From the sequence record AP017972.1: a stretch of DNA of 40,000 bases; one strand, 5' to 3'. Positions 1-9,336 of the stretch are shown one piece after another. The position numbers and the translations under genes were made by a program. Under the pieces are notes generated by a model, which did not search any database, had not been told where the DNA came from, and saw nothing but the letters and a program-made list of their open reading frames with translations. This DNA is from Vibrio phage pTD1. The stretch's first letter is position 1. Every line of letters begins with the position of its first letter.

Positions 1-1155
1 TTAAAAGAATCGGAAGAAGCATTGATTGGTGAGCGTCTTAAGCGACGTAATGCTACAGTCCACTATAACTTAGTAGACACACAAACGGAATGTGTTGAGA
101 ACAACATTAAAGTTTGGCATATGTGGGAACCAGACTTCATCTCATCGTGGAACGCTTCGTACGATATGCAGCGTAACGAACACGCTTTGATCTTGGGTAA
201 CCGTGATTTAGAAGAAGTTTACTCAGACCCTAGCATTCCTCAAGAATTCCGTTACTACAAATACGACAAAGGTCGTACTCACAAACGTAAAGAGAATGGT
301 GACTCCCAACCCTTAGAATGGCAAGAACAATACCCGACTGTTCGAGCTGCGGCTAAATGGCAATGGTTGGATGGTGCGAGTTTCTATGCGATTAAGAACG
401 CTCCTAAAGGTAAGAAAGAATCTTACTCACTGGAATACACCGCACAAGACAACGGCATCGAGGGTAAGCTTTACACGGATAAAGGCGCACACTTAACACA
501 AGGTAAAGGTGCTTGGCATAGATGGATGCAGAAACACGCTAAGTTCGAATACTGTATGTACAACATTTCAGATAACTTGGTTATCGAAGAAATGGATGAG
601 AAAACCAACGACGTTGCACTGAACTTACCGCTCCTATTGAAATCGACTGAGTTCTTTGATTACCCATCTCAACCGAAGTGTATTTCTAACGAACTATCTT
701 TCATTGCCGCAGAACATGGTTACATCTGGGGTACGAAAGGTCGTGGTGGTAAAGATGAGTTGGATAAACACAAACCGACTCTGGGTGATTGGATTGCTTT
801 ATTAGAGACTGAGAAAAACGCAGACAACGGTAAAGCGATATTCATAGGGATGCCACACATACGTTCTAGAGGTCGAGGTCTTACCGATGACGTAGACGTA
901 GAGGGTGCATACCCAACAGCCACAGTAGCGCTTAACGTTTCGAATAAGACAACCCGTATTGAAGCATGTGCGATACAAGGATTGAATCCATTAGAGTTCC
1001 GTGAAGTAGGTGTTAACTACGCTTCATCACCGAAAGCTAATGCGGTTAGTCTATGTAAAACTCTGCACCGATTCCCGGGCTTTGAAGAAATGGACGAAGT
1101 GTTCCCTGAACTGTTTGAACAAGAGTTTGGAACCCCACTTCCTATGGCAGCTTAA
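1..1155 (+). CDS. Family-B DNA polymerase, N-terminal part (exonuclease region plus palm motif A); 5' truncated by window edge
   Basis: The frame is open from base 1 (LKESEEALIGER...), so the TTG at 22 is probably not the true start. Exo II-like WNASYD (about 148-165) and motif A-like DVEGAYPTATVALNVS (compare DxxSLYPS) near 895-945. Ends at TAA 1153-1155. Confidence 0.6.
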   Translation, partial: LKESEEALIGERLKRRNATVHYNLVDTQTECVENNIKVWHMWEPDFISSWNASYDMQRNEHALILGNRDLEEVYSDPSIPQEFRYYKYDKGRTHKRKENGDSQPLEWQEQYPTVRAAAKWQWLDGASFYAIKNAPKGKKESYSLEYTAQDNGIEGKLYTDKGAHLTQGKGAWHRWMQKHAKFEYCMYNISDNLVIEEMDEKTNDVALNLPLLLKSTEFFDYPSQPKCISNELSFIAAEHGYIWGTKGRGGKDELDKHKPTLGDWIALLETEKNADNGKAIFIGMPHIRSRGRGLTDDVDVEGAYPTATVALNVSNKTTRIEACAIQGLNPLEFREVGVNYASSPKANAVSLCKTLHRFPGFEEMDEVFPELFEQEFGTPLPMAA

Positions 1156-1176
1156 ACAAAAAAATAAAGAAGAGTT

Positions 1177-1208
1177 AACTACCTACCTCCTTGCGGAGGT
1201 AGGTAGTT
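1177..1208. terminator. Bidirectional intrinsic terminator between convergent genes
   Basis: Perfect 14-bp stem AACTACCTACCTCC / GGAGGTAGGTAGTT, loop TTGC, flanked by an A-tract (left) and a T-rich stretch (right). Confidence 0.8.
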
Positions 1209-1216
1209 ATTATTGA

Positions 1217-1567
1217 TTAATCGTCTTCTGGTTCTAGACCTGTCAACTCAGTGATCATTTCATTGATCTCTTCAGTTGTAGATTCTTCTTCTGTGCTGTC
1301 GCCACTGAATATTGCATTAGCAACAACTTTGATTAGAGCTGAAGCGATTGTACCGCCTGCTACCATGCTTGCGCCGTGGATAGCCATTGCTTTAGCATCG
1401 TAATCGAAATCTTCAGGTACTTCTGTGACAGCGATTTGTGCAGCACCAATAACACCGTGGTAAGCTGCGATGCCTTTAGAGTCGAAGATTGTAGCTGCTA
1501 CTGTAGCGTTTACTGCTGTTGCTGCTGCTGTTACTAGACGTGCTTTAGTTGTTTTTGACATTTCCAT
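1217..1567 (-). CDS. Small Ala-rich protein, possibly membrane-associated, acidic C-terminus; unknown function
   Basis: 116-aa ORF. Start may be at M1 or M3 (MSKTTKAR). Hydrophobic Ala/Val/Ile segments. Promoter-like element directly upstream. Confidence 0.7.
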   Translation of the reverse strand: MEMSKTTKARLVTAAATAVNATVAATIFDSKGIAAYHGVIGAAQIAVTEVPEDFDYDAKAMAIHGASMVAGGTIASALIKVVANAIFSGDSTEEESTTEEINEMITELTGLEPEDD

Positions 1568-1618
1568 GATATATTCCTTAATAAGGTTAGATAGATTAAT
1601 GTATATGCTTATGCTTAT

Positions 1619-1658
1619 ACACCTAGACTATATAGACTTGAAATAAACTGTATGTCAA
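1619..1658 (-). promoter_or_regulatory. Sigma70-like promoter reading toward the 1217-1567 gene
   Basis: Minus strand TTGACA-18 nt-TATATA-gtctaggtgt; shares a long common sequence with the site at 25138-25177. Confidence 0.6.
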
Positions 1659-1670
1659 TTTTTAACGTTA

Positions 1671-1705
1671 TATAACTCCTACCCCGAAAAGGGGTAGGAG
1701 TTATA
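1671..1705 (-). terminator. Terminator-like hairpin between the 1721-2278 gene and the downstream promoter
   Basis: Perfect 15-bp stem TATAACTCCTACCCC / GGGGTAGGAGTTATA, loop gaaaa; no strong U-tract. Confidence 0.55.
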
Positions 1706-1720
1706 GTTTGAAATAAAGGT

Positions 1721-2278
1721 TTAGCTGTACATCTTAGAGAAGTAGTTTTGTAGGTTTTGAGCTACACGTGGGTGGTAACCTTTAGTCAACATCACGATGT
1801 CTACTTGACGACCCACACGTTGACGGTCACGAAGGTTACGACCAAGTGTTACTACCGCAGACAACAACGCAATGTGTTTTTGAACGTACGCATCTGTCTT
1901 CGCTTTCTTCACATCTGGATGTTGTGTGTAGATGAACAGACGTTCCATACGGAAAGCTTTACGATCAACACGAACACGGTTAACAAGGTTATCCATAACA
2001 GACGCGAACTCTGGGTAATCCAGTTTAAGTGTTTCGTCCAACGCACCCATGAACAGCAACTGTTCTTTGCCGTAGTTTTCGCTTGGCACGTTACGACGCT
2101 CAGATAGCAGATCAACAAAGTTATCAATCTTGTCCGTTAACATCTCTGTTACGGTGCCGTCTTTTACTGTGTAGTTTTCTGCTACGTTCGCTTTCACTTC
2201 TTCAGATACCGCTTTGGTTTCTTCCGGCGCTACTTCTTCAAACGTTTGTGTTGACTTAGGTGGTGTGTACTTACCCAT
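1721..2278 (-). CDS. Hypothetical phage protein
   Basis: ORF with a good RBS (AGAGGAT) before MGKYTPPKST; this start is preferred over the track's upstream ATG at 2332. Confidence 0.75.
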   Translation of the reverse strand: MGKYTPPKSTQTFEEVAPEETKAVSEEVKANVAENYTVKDGTVTEMLTDKIDNFVDLLSERRNVPSENYGKEQLLFMGALDETLKLDYPEFASVMDNLVNRVRVDRKAFRMERLFIYTQHPDVKKAKTDAYVQKHIALLSAVVTLGRNLRDRQRVGRQVDIVMLTKGYHPRVAQNLQNYFSKMYS

Positions 2279-2321
2279 CTTAATATCCTCTATAAGGGTT
2301 GGTGAACAAACATAGAATCGT

Positions 2322-2353
2322 AAAAAAGACACCTGCCCGTTAAGGCAGATGTC
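2322..2353 (-). terminator. Intrinsic terminator of the 2357-2806 gene
   Basis: Minus strand GACATCTGCC-TTAACG-GGCAGGTGTC followed by TTTTTT. Confidence 0.8.
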
Positions 2354-2356
2354 GGT

Positions 2357-2806
2357 TTAGTTTGACCCGCTGGATAGATCGAATTGTTTAAACAATTCGA
2401 GTTGCTTATCGAGTTCCCTCGTCCCACTGTTATTCGCAGTTTTGTTGGCAAGTTCTTCTCGACGACTGGCTAACGCTTTAGCGCCTTCTCGCACACCTCT
2501 GGAGATCTGGTCAAGTTGTTTGGGGGTGAACTTTAAGTAAGTATTAATGTCCCCAAATATCTCTTCCAATTCATAGAACGCAAACTCGTAAGCTCGCTGT
2601 TTTAGAGACCAAGGGTGTTCGTAATCGTAAGTTTCTTCATGGTATTGAATGTCGTCACCGGGTGAAGGGACGGTGGATTCAATTTGACCGTAACCAGCAC
2701 GATACAACATGACCGCAATGGTTTGGTGTTGTACTTCTCCAATCCCATCGGGGTCAAGGTTGTTTATCATCTTACGAAACTGATGGTAGCGATTGCCAGT
2801 CAGCAC
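2357..2806 (-). CDS. Hypothetical phage protein
   Basis: 149-aa ORF in a compact minus-strand operon. Confidence 0.7.
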   Translation of the reverse strand: MLTGNRYHQFRKMINNLDPDGIGEVQHQTIAVMLYRAGYGQIESTVPSPGDDIQYHEETYDYEHPWSLKQRAYEFAFYELEEIFGDINTYLKFTPKQLDQISRGVREGAKALASRREELANKTANNSGTRELDKQLELFKQFDLSSGSN

Positions 2807-2814
2807 ACCACCGT

Positions 2815-4440
2815 TTAATGGGTGGTTTGATCGATGATAGCTCGATTGATTGCTCGTTCTGCTAGCGCTTGGCGGGTCTGGACGAAAAAACTCATGAACG
2901 GGTCGATTGGTGTGATACCCAATGTCGTATGACCACCGTGGGTTTCTTTACCACACTTAGGACACACCGCGTTGGACATACCTACCGCCGTCGAAGACAT
3001 TTCAGGACCGTGTTCAACACACCAACGAATTACCTTAGAGGTCGCTTCATCATCTGGGTCAATAACTCCGATAATGCCGTTGTAGAACTCGATTGGGTTT
3101 TCAGCTCGTGTGAAGACAGCCGGTTCTTCATCAGAACCTTCTTCTGGTTCAATGGTCAGCTTAGAACACCAGTGCATGTATTCCAATCCACGAACGGTGT
3201 CAATCAAGTTGGTTAAACGCTTATCGAACTCATCGTCGTCCATAACGTCTGATCGGATTTGACGGATAGCCGGACCAATGTGCTCCATGAAGATATCGAA
3301 CGCTAGGAAGTATTCACTGATGCTCGGTTGCTCAAAATCAATGCGCTGTGAATCTTCATCAAACGTGATGTGCGCTTCTTCAGTGAATTTAAATTGGCTT
3401 TGAAGCGCAAGTACTTCTTCTGCGGTGTAACGCTTAGCGAAGTTCTTTAGGTTACCTAGGGCAGCCGCTTGTTCTTCACTTAGGAGCGTCTTATCATGCC
3501 AAAGCATGGTATCCGCATCTGCACGCAATACGTCAACCCAATCACAACCCGTTTGGTTACAGTGAACCGTCATTGGGATGCCGCCAGCCATTACTTCACC
3601 CAACAGTTCCGTAAAGAGTGCACGGAAGTCACTGAGTTTAATAAGACGAGCTAAGTCACGAGGTTCATCCACATCTGACACTGAGTGTTGTGTGATTTTC
3701 TCTGACAAGTATTCCCAGAACACACGGTAGATGGACGCACGGATTAACGTTAGTGAGTTACCATTAAACGTACGAACGTAACCATGGATCTCTTTGTTAA
3801 TGCGATCGACCACCTGACCCAGTTCTAACATGTCAGAAGGCTCAAGACGAATTTGCACAAACGAGTCACGCAACAACACATCGTAACCGTTCGGTGTACG
3901 ACTACGACGTTGGGACGCACGCATCATGCGGTTGCTCAACGCCATTGCTTCATTCTTAGCACCCGGATAACGTTTAACGATATCAGATTCGAATTTACCG
4001 TCTGCAATTTCTGACGCATTTTCCCAAGGGCGAGTTAAGTAACTCTTGTTTCGGAAATACGACAGTTCAACGTAGTTACGATGGAACGTTAAGAAATGAC
4101 CCATCATCTCTTCCAGTTCCGGCTCAGGAATCCCCGGACGCAGTTCTTCACGCAACTCATTGTAGTTGTTCATAAGACGAGTGATTTCAGATTTACTTAC
4201 TTCACCGTCATGAACCGCTGCTTTGTAACGTGACCAGCTGAGCACCAAACGCATCATTGGTTCGAATTCAGCTTTAGTCGTACCTAACATATAGTTAAGT
4301 GTTGGCGACGGTTCCGTAGGTTCTGGTTCGTGTTTCACTGGTTCAGTCTGAGGCACCGACGTTTTCATCGTGGTGTTTTCAGCAGTGTGTTCCTCACGAA
4401 TCTTAGGACGTGGGGTTTCAATTGGATCAGTAGGTTGCAT
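2815..4440 (-). CDS. Large hypothetical protein with a possible C-terminal zinc ribbon
   Basis: 541 aa from M8 of the track ORF. CNQTGC and CPKCG cysteine pairs; no family recognised. Confidence 0.65.
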   Translation of the reverse strand: MQPTDPIETPRPKIREEHTAENTTMKTSVPQTEPVKHEPEPTEPSPTLNYMLGTTKAEFEPMMRLVLSWSRYKAAVHDGEVSKSEITRLMNNYNELREELRPGIPEPELEEMMGHFLTFHRNYVELSYFRNKSYLTRPWENASEIADGKFESDIVKRYPGAKNEAMALSNRMMRASQRRSRTPNGYDVLLRDSFVQIRLEPSDMLELGQVVDRINKEIHGYVRTFNGNSLTLIRASIYRVFWEYLSEKITQHSVSDVDEPRDLARLIKLSDFRALFTELLGEVMAGGIPMTVHCNQTGCDWVDVLRADADTMLWHDKTLLSEEQAAALGNLKNFAKRYTAEEVLALQSQFKFTEEAHITFDEDSQRIDFEQPSISEYFLAFDIFMEHIGPAIRQIRSDVMDDDEFDKRLTNLIDTVRGLEYMHWCSKLTIEPEEGSDEEPAVFTRAENPIEFYNGIIGVIDPDDEATSKVIRWCVEHGPEMSSTAVGMSNAVCPKCGKETHGGHTTLGITPIDPFMSFFVQTRQALAERAINRAIIDQTTH

Positions 4441-5191
4441 TCTTAGCGGCCTCAAGGTCAAAGTGTCGTTCTACACGTTTCAAGTGAATGGCACGAGTCG
4501 CACCTTCAATTGTTTCGATTCCTTGTTCTTTAGCGTACTCAACAACAAGGTTATCGATCAAATCAGTGTGTTGTTCTGCTACTTCCAGAATAGGCTCGAT
4601 TAGAGCTTCGTGGTCTTCTTGGTAAGCAAGCAGAGTAGGGACCAGATATTCACCGATGACGTCATCCGAATACAGTGCGGTACTGCGTTCTTCTTTATCT
4701 TCGATGAGTTTGATTTCTTCAAAGCGTTGAAGAATCATTGAAGACTTAGTAATGAATGAAATGACTTGTGCATCCAGCTTCTTGATGAGCGGACGGATTT
4801 CATCTGGGAGACAAATCGTGATGTTGTTTTCTAACCAGTCCAAGATTTCAACCAACGCGTGTGGGTGCATGTAACGGTTCAGTGTTTCACCGAACAAATT
4901 AGAAATACCTTCGAAATCGAATTCAGTAACGCCATTACTGCCCTTTTGGAAATCTTTCAGCGCATCTTCCTGTAACTGAGCAGGTAATGTACTGAACACT
5001 TTCCACATGCCAGTTTTAGACGCTGACTTCATTTCATCTGTCATGTCCGGCATGTTTTCAAAGTTGGTGTCTAACAAGCCAGCTAGCTTAGTTTCACGTG
5101 CTTCACGCAGACGAGTACGGATTTTAGCTGCCTTTACGTTACGTTGGCGAGCTTTACGTTTGTTCTGCTTATGTTTACTAATTTTTGACAT
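4427..5191 (-). CDS. Hypothetical protein with very basic N-terminus
   Basis: 254-aa ORF, MSKISKHKQNKRKARQRN... start, overlapping the next gene start. Confidence 0.7.
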   Translation of the reverse strand: MSKISKHKQNKRKARQRNVKAAKIRTRLREARETKLAGLLDTNFENMPDMTDEMKSASKTGMWKVFSTLPAQLQEDALKDFQKGSNGVTEFDFEGISNLFGETLNRYMHPHALVEILDWLENNITICLPDEIRPLIKKLDAQVISFITKSSMILQRFEEIKLIEDKEERSTALYSDDVIGEYLVPTLLAYQEDHEALIEPILEVAEQHTDLIDNLVVEYAKEQGIETIEGATRAIHLKRVERHFDLEAAKNATY

Positions 5192-5220
5192 TTTATGTTC
5201 CTTCTGAATGAGAGGTTTTT

Positions 5221-6120
5221 ATGAGTGATTTTTTACCCGCAATGGATTTAACCAATGTGGAATTATTAACTAAGGATTTAGGTCAACCTTGGGTGAACTA
5301 CGGAATGTGGTTAACCCCAGAGACTCGTGATCTGATTGAACGCGTTTACACTTTATTAGCGATCACTGATGAAGAGAACGTGTTGGTGTCTACCATCGCT
5401 AACATCTTAGCTGATGACGACACTACACCTTTGGAACAAAAGGCAATCATACTCGAGCTCTTGCTAAACAATATAATTGAACAGCTAGTAAAGTTTGGCA
5501 TCACGGTTGATTTGGATTACGTTGAAGCAAATAAGTTAGATGTCTTGTACCGTGTAACGGACGTCATCTACTTATTAAATGGTTACGAAGATTTGCAAGG
5601 ACTCAGTGAGATCTTGGAGATGCGCGACCTTCCACCTAAAGATCGTTTCATCGAACTGTTCCGTAAGTTGTACGATTACAATTCTACCGACCCGATCATG
5701 GACGATCTAGAATACCTTATTCTAGAGTGTTCCGAATACCTAATCGAAACGCTACGCATCAGTCTGATCGTTTCTGACGGCATTGCTGAAGTACCGGAGT
5801 TCGTAGTCAAACGTATCCGAAACAATGTGACTTTCATTAATGACACGTTGGCTGGCAAACACGTTCGTAACAACGGGACGATCGGCATGGGATTCCTAAC
5901 GCTGTTAAGTTTCTATCATTTGGAACTTGCTTCTATTATCTCTACCTCCCCTGAACGTTACGTTAAAGAGCTGTTCGGATTCTCTTTGATCAGTGAAACC
6001 CCTAATGATCGTTTCTGGGATCAAATCAAACAGGTGGTGGAAGAAAACGTGGAAGATGTCACATTACTCTACCGCGCAGAGAAAGTAGCCGAACAAATCA
6101 AACTAGAGGAGTCTAATTAA
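5221..6120 (+). CDS. Hypothetical protein, upstream partner of the beta'-like gene
   Basis: 299-aa ORF ending 2 nt before the next ATG; predicted mostly helical, no motif recognised. Confidence 0.7.
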   Translation: MSDFLPAMDLTNVELLTKDLGQPWVNYGMWLTPETRDLIERVYTLLAITDEENVLVSTIANILADDDTTPLEQKAIILELLLNNIIEQLVKFGITVDLDYVEANKLDVLYRVTDVIYLLNGYEDLQGLSEILEMRDLPPKDRFIELFRKLYDYNSTDPIMDDLEYLILECSEYLIETLRISLIVSDGIAEVPEFVVKRIRNNVTFINDTLAGKHVRNNGTIGMGFLTLLSFYHLELASIISTSPERYVKELFGFSLISETPNDRFWDQIKQVVEENVEDVTLLYRAEKVAEQIKLEESN

Positions 6121-6122
6121 TC

Positions 6123-7421
6123 ATGATGACGAAACACGAGTATTTGCGACTGTGTTTCCGTTCTCGCTGTTATCAGAAAAAAGCTTGGCTGTTGAGTGTT
6201 TTCACCAAGCTTGCTGACACTGAGGAAACGGACCAAACGCTTCGCAAAACAATGTACGCGCTTCATCGAGATGGGGACGGGTTTTACTTCTACTATAACA
6301 ACTCCGATGAAAAGACTTACGTTGAAGGTGATTTAAGTGCTCCGTTTGCTTATAAAGACGAACGCATCACGATTGACCAAGACTTTGACCCTCGTGTTAA
6401 AGAACCGTTAGAAACCACTCTAGGGATTCTTCTGGTAAACCGTTGTGTGTTCTACGAATGTTTGCAAGACCGCACACCGTATCACAACCGACAAATGGGT
6501 CCGAGTTACGTCAAAGGAGTTATTGCCAAATTAATGGTCGATAACCCTGAAGAAGGTGAAGAACTTCCAGAAGGTAAAGCCAGCGTTGACGAGTGTTTAA
6601 AGATTACTCGTCAGTTCAACTACTTACTTGGGATGAACAACGTCTTCTGTAAAGCAGCATCAACTGCCGCTTTGACGGTTGACCCTTCTCTGTTAGAACT
6701 GAAAGCGAAGCTGTTAAAAGAAAACCCAGACGCGTTAACGGACCCAATCAAAGCTTCTTGGATTATCGACCAACTGGTTGCCAAGGACATGGAGATTCAG
6801 TTAAGTGGTCCATCGAAAGACTTCTTCATTAACAAGAAGTTCATCGACAACGCCCGTAAACGTATGTTTATCGCGTTCGGCGTGGAACAAGACTGGAACA
6901 CAGGTGCCTTTAAGTTCTTACACAAATCGTTGGACGACGGTTGGGACCCTGAAGAACTGCATAACTACATCAACACCGCTATCGCTGGTTCTTATGACCG
7001 TGGTAAAGCAACGGGTGAAGGTGGTGCAGCGGTTAAAGATGTTCAACGTCTCACATCTCGTATTACCGTTTCTGAGGAAGACTGTAAGACCACGATGTAC
7101 GAAGAAGTAATGATGACCGATGACCAAGTTGGCATGTGGGAAGGTTGTTACTACGTCAGTGGTAGTGGGGTTAAACGTTGGGAAGGTACAGAGAAACATC
7201 TGAGTGGTAAGATCATTAAGATGCGTACCCCTAACATCTGTGAAACCCCAGAAGGCAGTTTCTGTAAAGTCTGTTTGGGTGACGGTTTGGGTTCAGCTCC
7301 AGATGGTGTATCCATGGAATGTTCTAACATCCCAACCAACTTCATGCTACAACGTATGAAGGCCGCTCACACAGCTAACATGAGCGTGCGAACCTTTACA
7401 TTAGAAGAACTATTCGGATAA
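6123..7421 (+). CDS. Multi-subunit RNA polymerase beta'-like fragment (C-terminal type, copy 1)
   Basis: Segments RLTSRITVSEEDC and IIKMRTPNICETPEGSFCKVCLGDGLG...MKAAHTANMSVRTFTLEELF resemble beta' [21 protein letters not shown] ... VRSPLTC...GVCAKCYG...TMRTFHIGG. Confidence 0.65.
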   Translation: MMTKHEYLRLCFRSRCYQKKAWLLSVFTKLADTEETDQTLRKTMYALHRDGDGFYFYYNNSDEKTYVEGDLSAPFAYKDERITIDQDFDPRVKEPLETTLGILLVNRCVFYECLQDRTPYHNRQMGPSYVKGVIAKLMVDNPEEGEELPEGKASVDECLKITRQFNYLLGMNNVFCKAASTAALTVDPSLLELKAKLLKENPDALTDPIKASWIIDQLVAKDMEIQLSGPSKDFFINKKFIDNARKRMFIAFGVEQDWNTGAFKFLHKSLDDGWDPEELHNYINTAIAGSYDRGKATGEGGAAVKDVQRLTSRITVSEEDCKTTMYEEVMMTDDQVGMWEGCYYVSGSGVKRWEGTEKHLSGKIIKMRTPNICETPEGSFCKVCLGDGLGSAPDGVSMECSNIPTNFMLQRMKAAHTANMSVRTFTLEELFG

Positions 7422-7539
7422 CGTAAAGTCTCCTCCTGATAACGTACAGAGCGTTTTAAGATAGCTCTTACCTATTATATGACATGATACATGTCCTTTC
7501 TGATGGGTTGTTTAATTCACTTTGAGTTAAACGTTATTA

Positions 7540-7563
7540 GGGGGATTCGTTCCCCCGATTTTT
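7540..7563 (+). terminator. Intrinsic terminator downstream of the plus-strand gene pair
   Basis: GGGGGA-TTCGT-TCCCCC followed by gattttt. Confidence 0.75.
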
Positions 7564-7586
7564 CATCAAAAAAAATAAGAATGCTT

Positions 7587-7620
7587 ATAACTCCGTACTC
7601 CTCAAGGAGTACGGAGTTAT
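7587..7620. terminator. Bidirectional terminator
   Basis: Perfect 15-bp stem ATAACTCCGTACTCC / GGAGTACGGAGTTAT, loop TCAA, with an A-tract on the left side for minus-strand transcripts. Confidence 0.8.
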
Positions 7621-7633
7621 TTATGCTTTTGGA

Positions 7634-8083
7634 TTATTCACCGATAATGAAGATGAAGCCGCCGTTCTCTGATGTTGTCCAGTTTAGATCTTTAGGCGTG
7701 GTCCAATCAATGTCAGCGATAACGTTCAGTTGATCAGAGTTATCTTCATTGCCTAGGAAACCGTGAACGATGTCGTTAAGACGCAAGTTAAGATCTTCAA
7801 CCAAGACTTCGATCATCGATTCGTGTTCTTCTTCAGTACGGTCTTCTGGACACTCACCTACAGAAGTTTCTGCGATCACTACCACTTTACCTAGGGTTTC
7901 TAGTTCGTCTGGGGATTCGTCTTCTCCTGTAGGGACATTCTCTTCACCTACCAACTCAAGACGCTTCGCCGCAGCAAGTTCTTCTAACACTAAAAGGAAT
8001 AGGCTAGTTTGCACTTCACTAGAGTAGATAGAAGTTGCTTCGTTGATTGCGACAGGTGATTTAGAGATTAGATTGAATTGCAT
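7634..8083 (-). CDS. Hypothetical acidic protein
   Basis: 149-aa ORF. Confidence 0.7.
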   Translation of the reverse strand: MQFNLISKSPVAINEATSIYSSEVQTSLFLLVLEELAAAKRLELVGEENVPTGEDESPDELETLGKVVVIAETSVGECPEDRTEEEHESMIEVLVEDLNLRLNDIVHGFLGNEDNSDQLNVIADIDWTTPKDLNWTTSENGGFIFIIGE

Positions 8084-8095
8084 GATACTTGTTCC

Positions 8096-8515
8096 TTAAT
8101 GAGGTGTAAAATTTATTTTTGGTGGTGGTGTTACTAACAATATAATGCTTGTATTACACAACCAATGTTGAATCGAATAGACGTCGCCGGTCCCGTAAAG
8201 GTTGACCAATGAGGCGAGCGGTTCGGCATTAATAGGACTGTGTATGGTGTCTTCTAAGAAAGAACACAAGTCACCGTAAATTTGATCGTAAGCAAAAGAG
8301 AAAGTCAAGCTTGGGTTAACCGCCTCCATTTCCATAATGGTGGTTTCCACCGCCTTTGCTATGATCGTTGGTTGATACGAACCGAACATGAAAATGTCAG
8401 TAAGTAGTGTGGTAATTGCCATCTCATACATTTCGTGAGAGATGAATTCATTGTTGGGTGTCAGGTGACTAAAAACGACGGTCACTAAGATTGGGGATGG
8501 TGCACTGTCGGACAT
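8096..8515 (-). CDS. Hypothetical protein
   Basis: Start at MSDSAP preceded by GGAGG RBS; the track start at 8563 is less likely. Confidence 0.7.
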   Translation of the reverse strand: MSDSAPSPILVTVVFSHLTPNNEFISHEMYEMAITTLLTDIFMFGSYQPTIIAKAVETTIMEMEAVNPSLTFSFAYDQIYGDLCSFLEDTIHSPINAEPLASLVNLYGTGDVYSIQHWLCNTSIILLVTPPPKINFTPH

Positions 8516-8934
8516 AATAACCTCCCTATTTGGGGTTTGCCAGTTATTTCCAGTAATGCCCACGTGTCGTTACCTTTGACGACCCGGGCATCTTCTACAT
8601 TAAAGGTGGACATATTTCGAAGTTCCGGATATTCACTAAAGATAACGAAAAGTAAATCTTTTGCTGTTTCGTAGAGTTCAAAGAAACGGTTTTCGATGTC
8701 GGTCATTATGTGATAATCACTAAGTTCTTCAATCATGTTGACGTTCGTCACCGCATTCACTTGATAGTCGACTAAATGACTGAGACTGGTTAAACTGTCG
8801 TTAGGGGTCATTCCTCCATCTACAAGAAAATCAATGAGGTGTTCAACCACCACTTGAAACGAATCAAGCGGGTACCCCCACTGATTATGAATGTTAATAT
8901 AAATGTTTAGCGTGGTATCATAATTCGGATTCAT
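8485..8934 (-). CDS. Hypothetical protein
   Basis: 149-aa ORF overlapping the next gene's start. Confidence 0.65.
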   Translation of the reverse strand: MNPNYDTTLNIYINIHNQWGYPLDSFQVVVEHLIDFLVDGGMTPNDSLTSLSHLVDYQVNAVTNVNMIEELSDYHIMTDIENRFFELYETAKDLLFVIFSEYPELRNMSTFNVEDARVVKGNDTWALLEITGKPQIGRLLCPTVHHPQS

Positions 8935-9265
8935 CAGAAACGTCCTGTGGTTTACAGAACAGTATATAAACTAAATTCTTTTTGGTGCCGGACTCATTTA
9001 ACTTATAACCTTCTGTGTAAGCACGTCCGATTTGACTTAAGAAAATCTGACCTTCTTCTTCGGTCATCAGCACTTTACCTAAGTCATCAAGGAGTGCCGT
9101 TTTCCATTCTGGGATTTCATCGTGTTCCAATACTTGGTCTAATCGATTGAACTCTTTATACAGTTCATTAGCCAAATACTTTAACGCATTTTCATCTTTG
9201 AACAAAGGAAAGTACGTTGCATTGATGGAAAGATTCAACACAATGTTCAATTCTTGGTCTTTCAT
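8918..9265 (-). CDS. Hypothetical protein
   Basis: Start at MKDQEL, RBS tagaggtaataag; shorter than the track ORF. Confidence 0.6.
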   Translation of the reverse strand: MKDQELNIVLNLSINATYFPLFKDENALKYLANELYKEFNRLDQVLEHDEIPEWKTALLDDLGKVLMTEEEGQIFLSQIGRAYTEGYKLNESGTKKNLVYILFCKPQDVSDESEL

Positions 9266-9294
9266 CTTATTACCTCTACAGTGATACCTTAAAG

Positions 9295-9329
9295 TAATAT
9301 CGGTCCGAAATTTATTCGGACCGATATTA
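9295..9329 (-). terminator. Terminator-like hairpin downstream of the helicase gene
   Basis: Perfect 15-bp stem TAATATCGGTCCGAA / TTCGGACCGATATTA. Confidence 0.6.
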
Positions 9330-9336
9330 AGTGGGA

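Noticed and set aside
2281-2332. Track start of the 1721 ORF at 2332 (MSFLRFYVCSP...)
   Set aside because: The extension overlaps the upstream gene's terminator region and a much better RBS precedes the ATG at 2278.
5007-5207. Plus-strand ORF antisense to 4427-5191, and similar antisense ORFs throughout the track (e.g. 11598-11927, 16768-17136, 22717-23040, 31173-31358)
   Set aside because: They are fully antisense to longer ORFs with recognisable motifs or good RBSs and resemble complement-frame noise.
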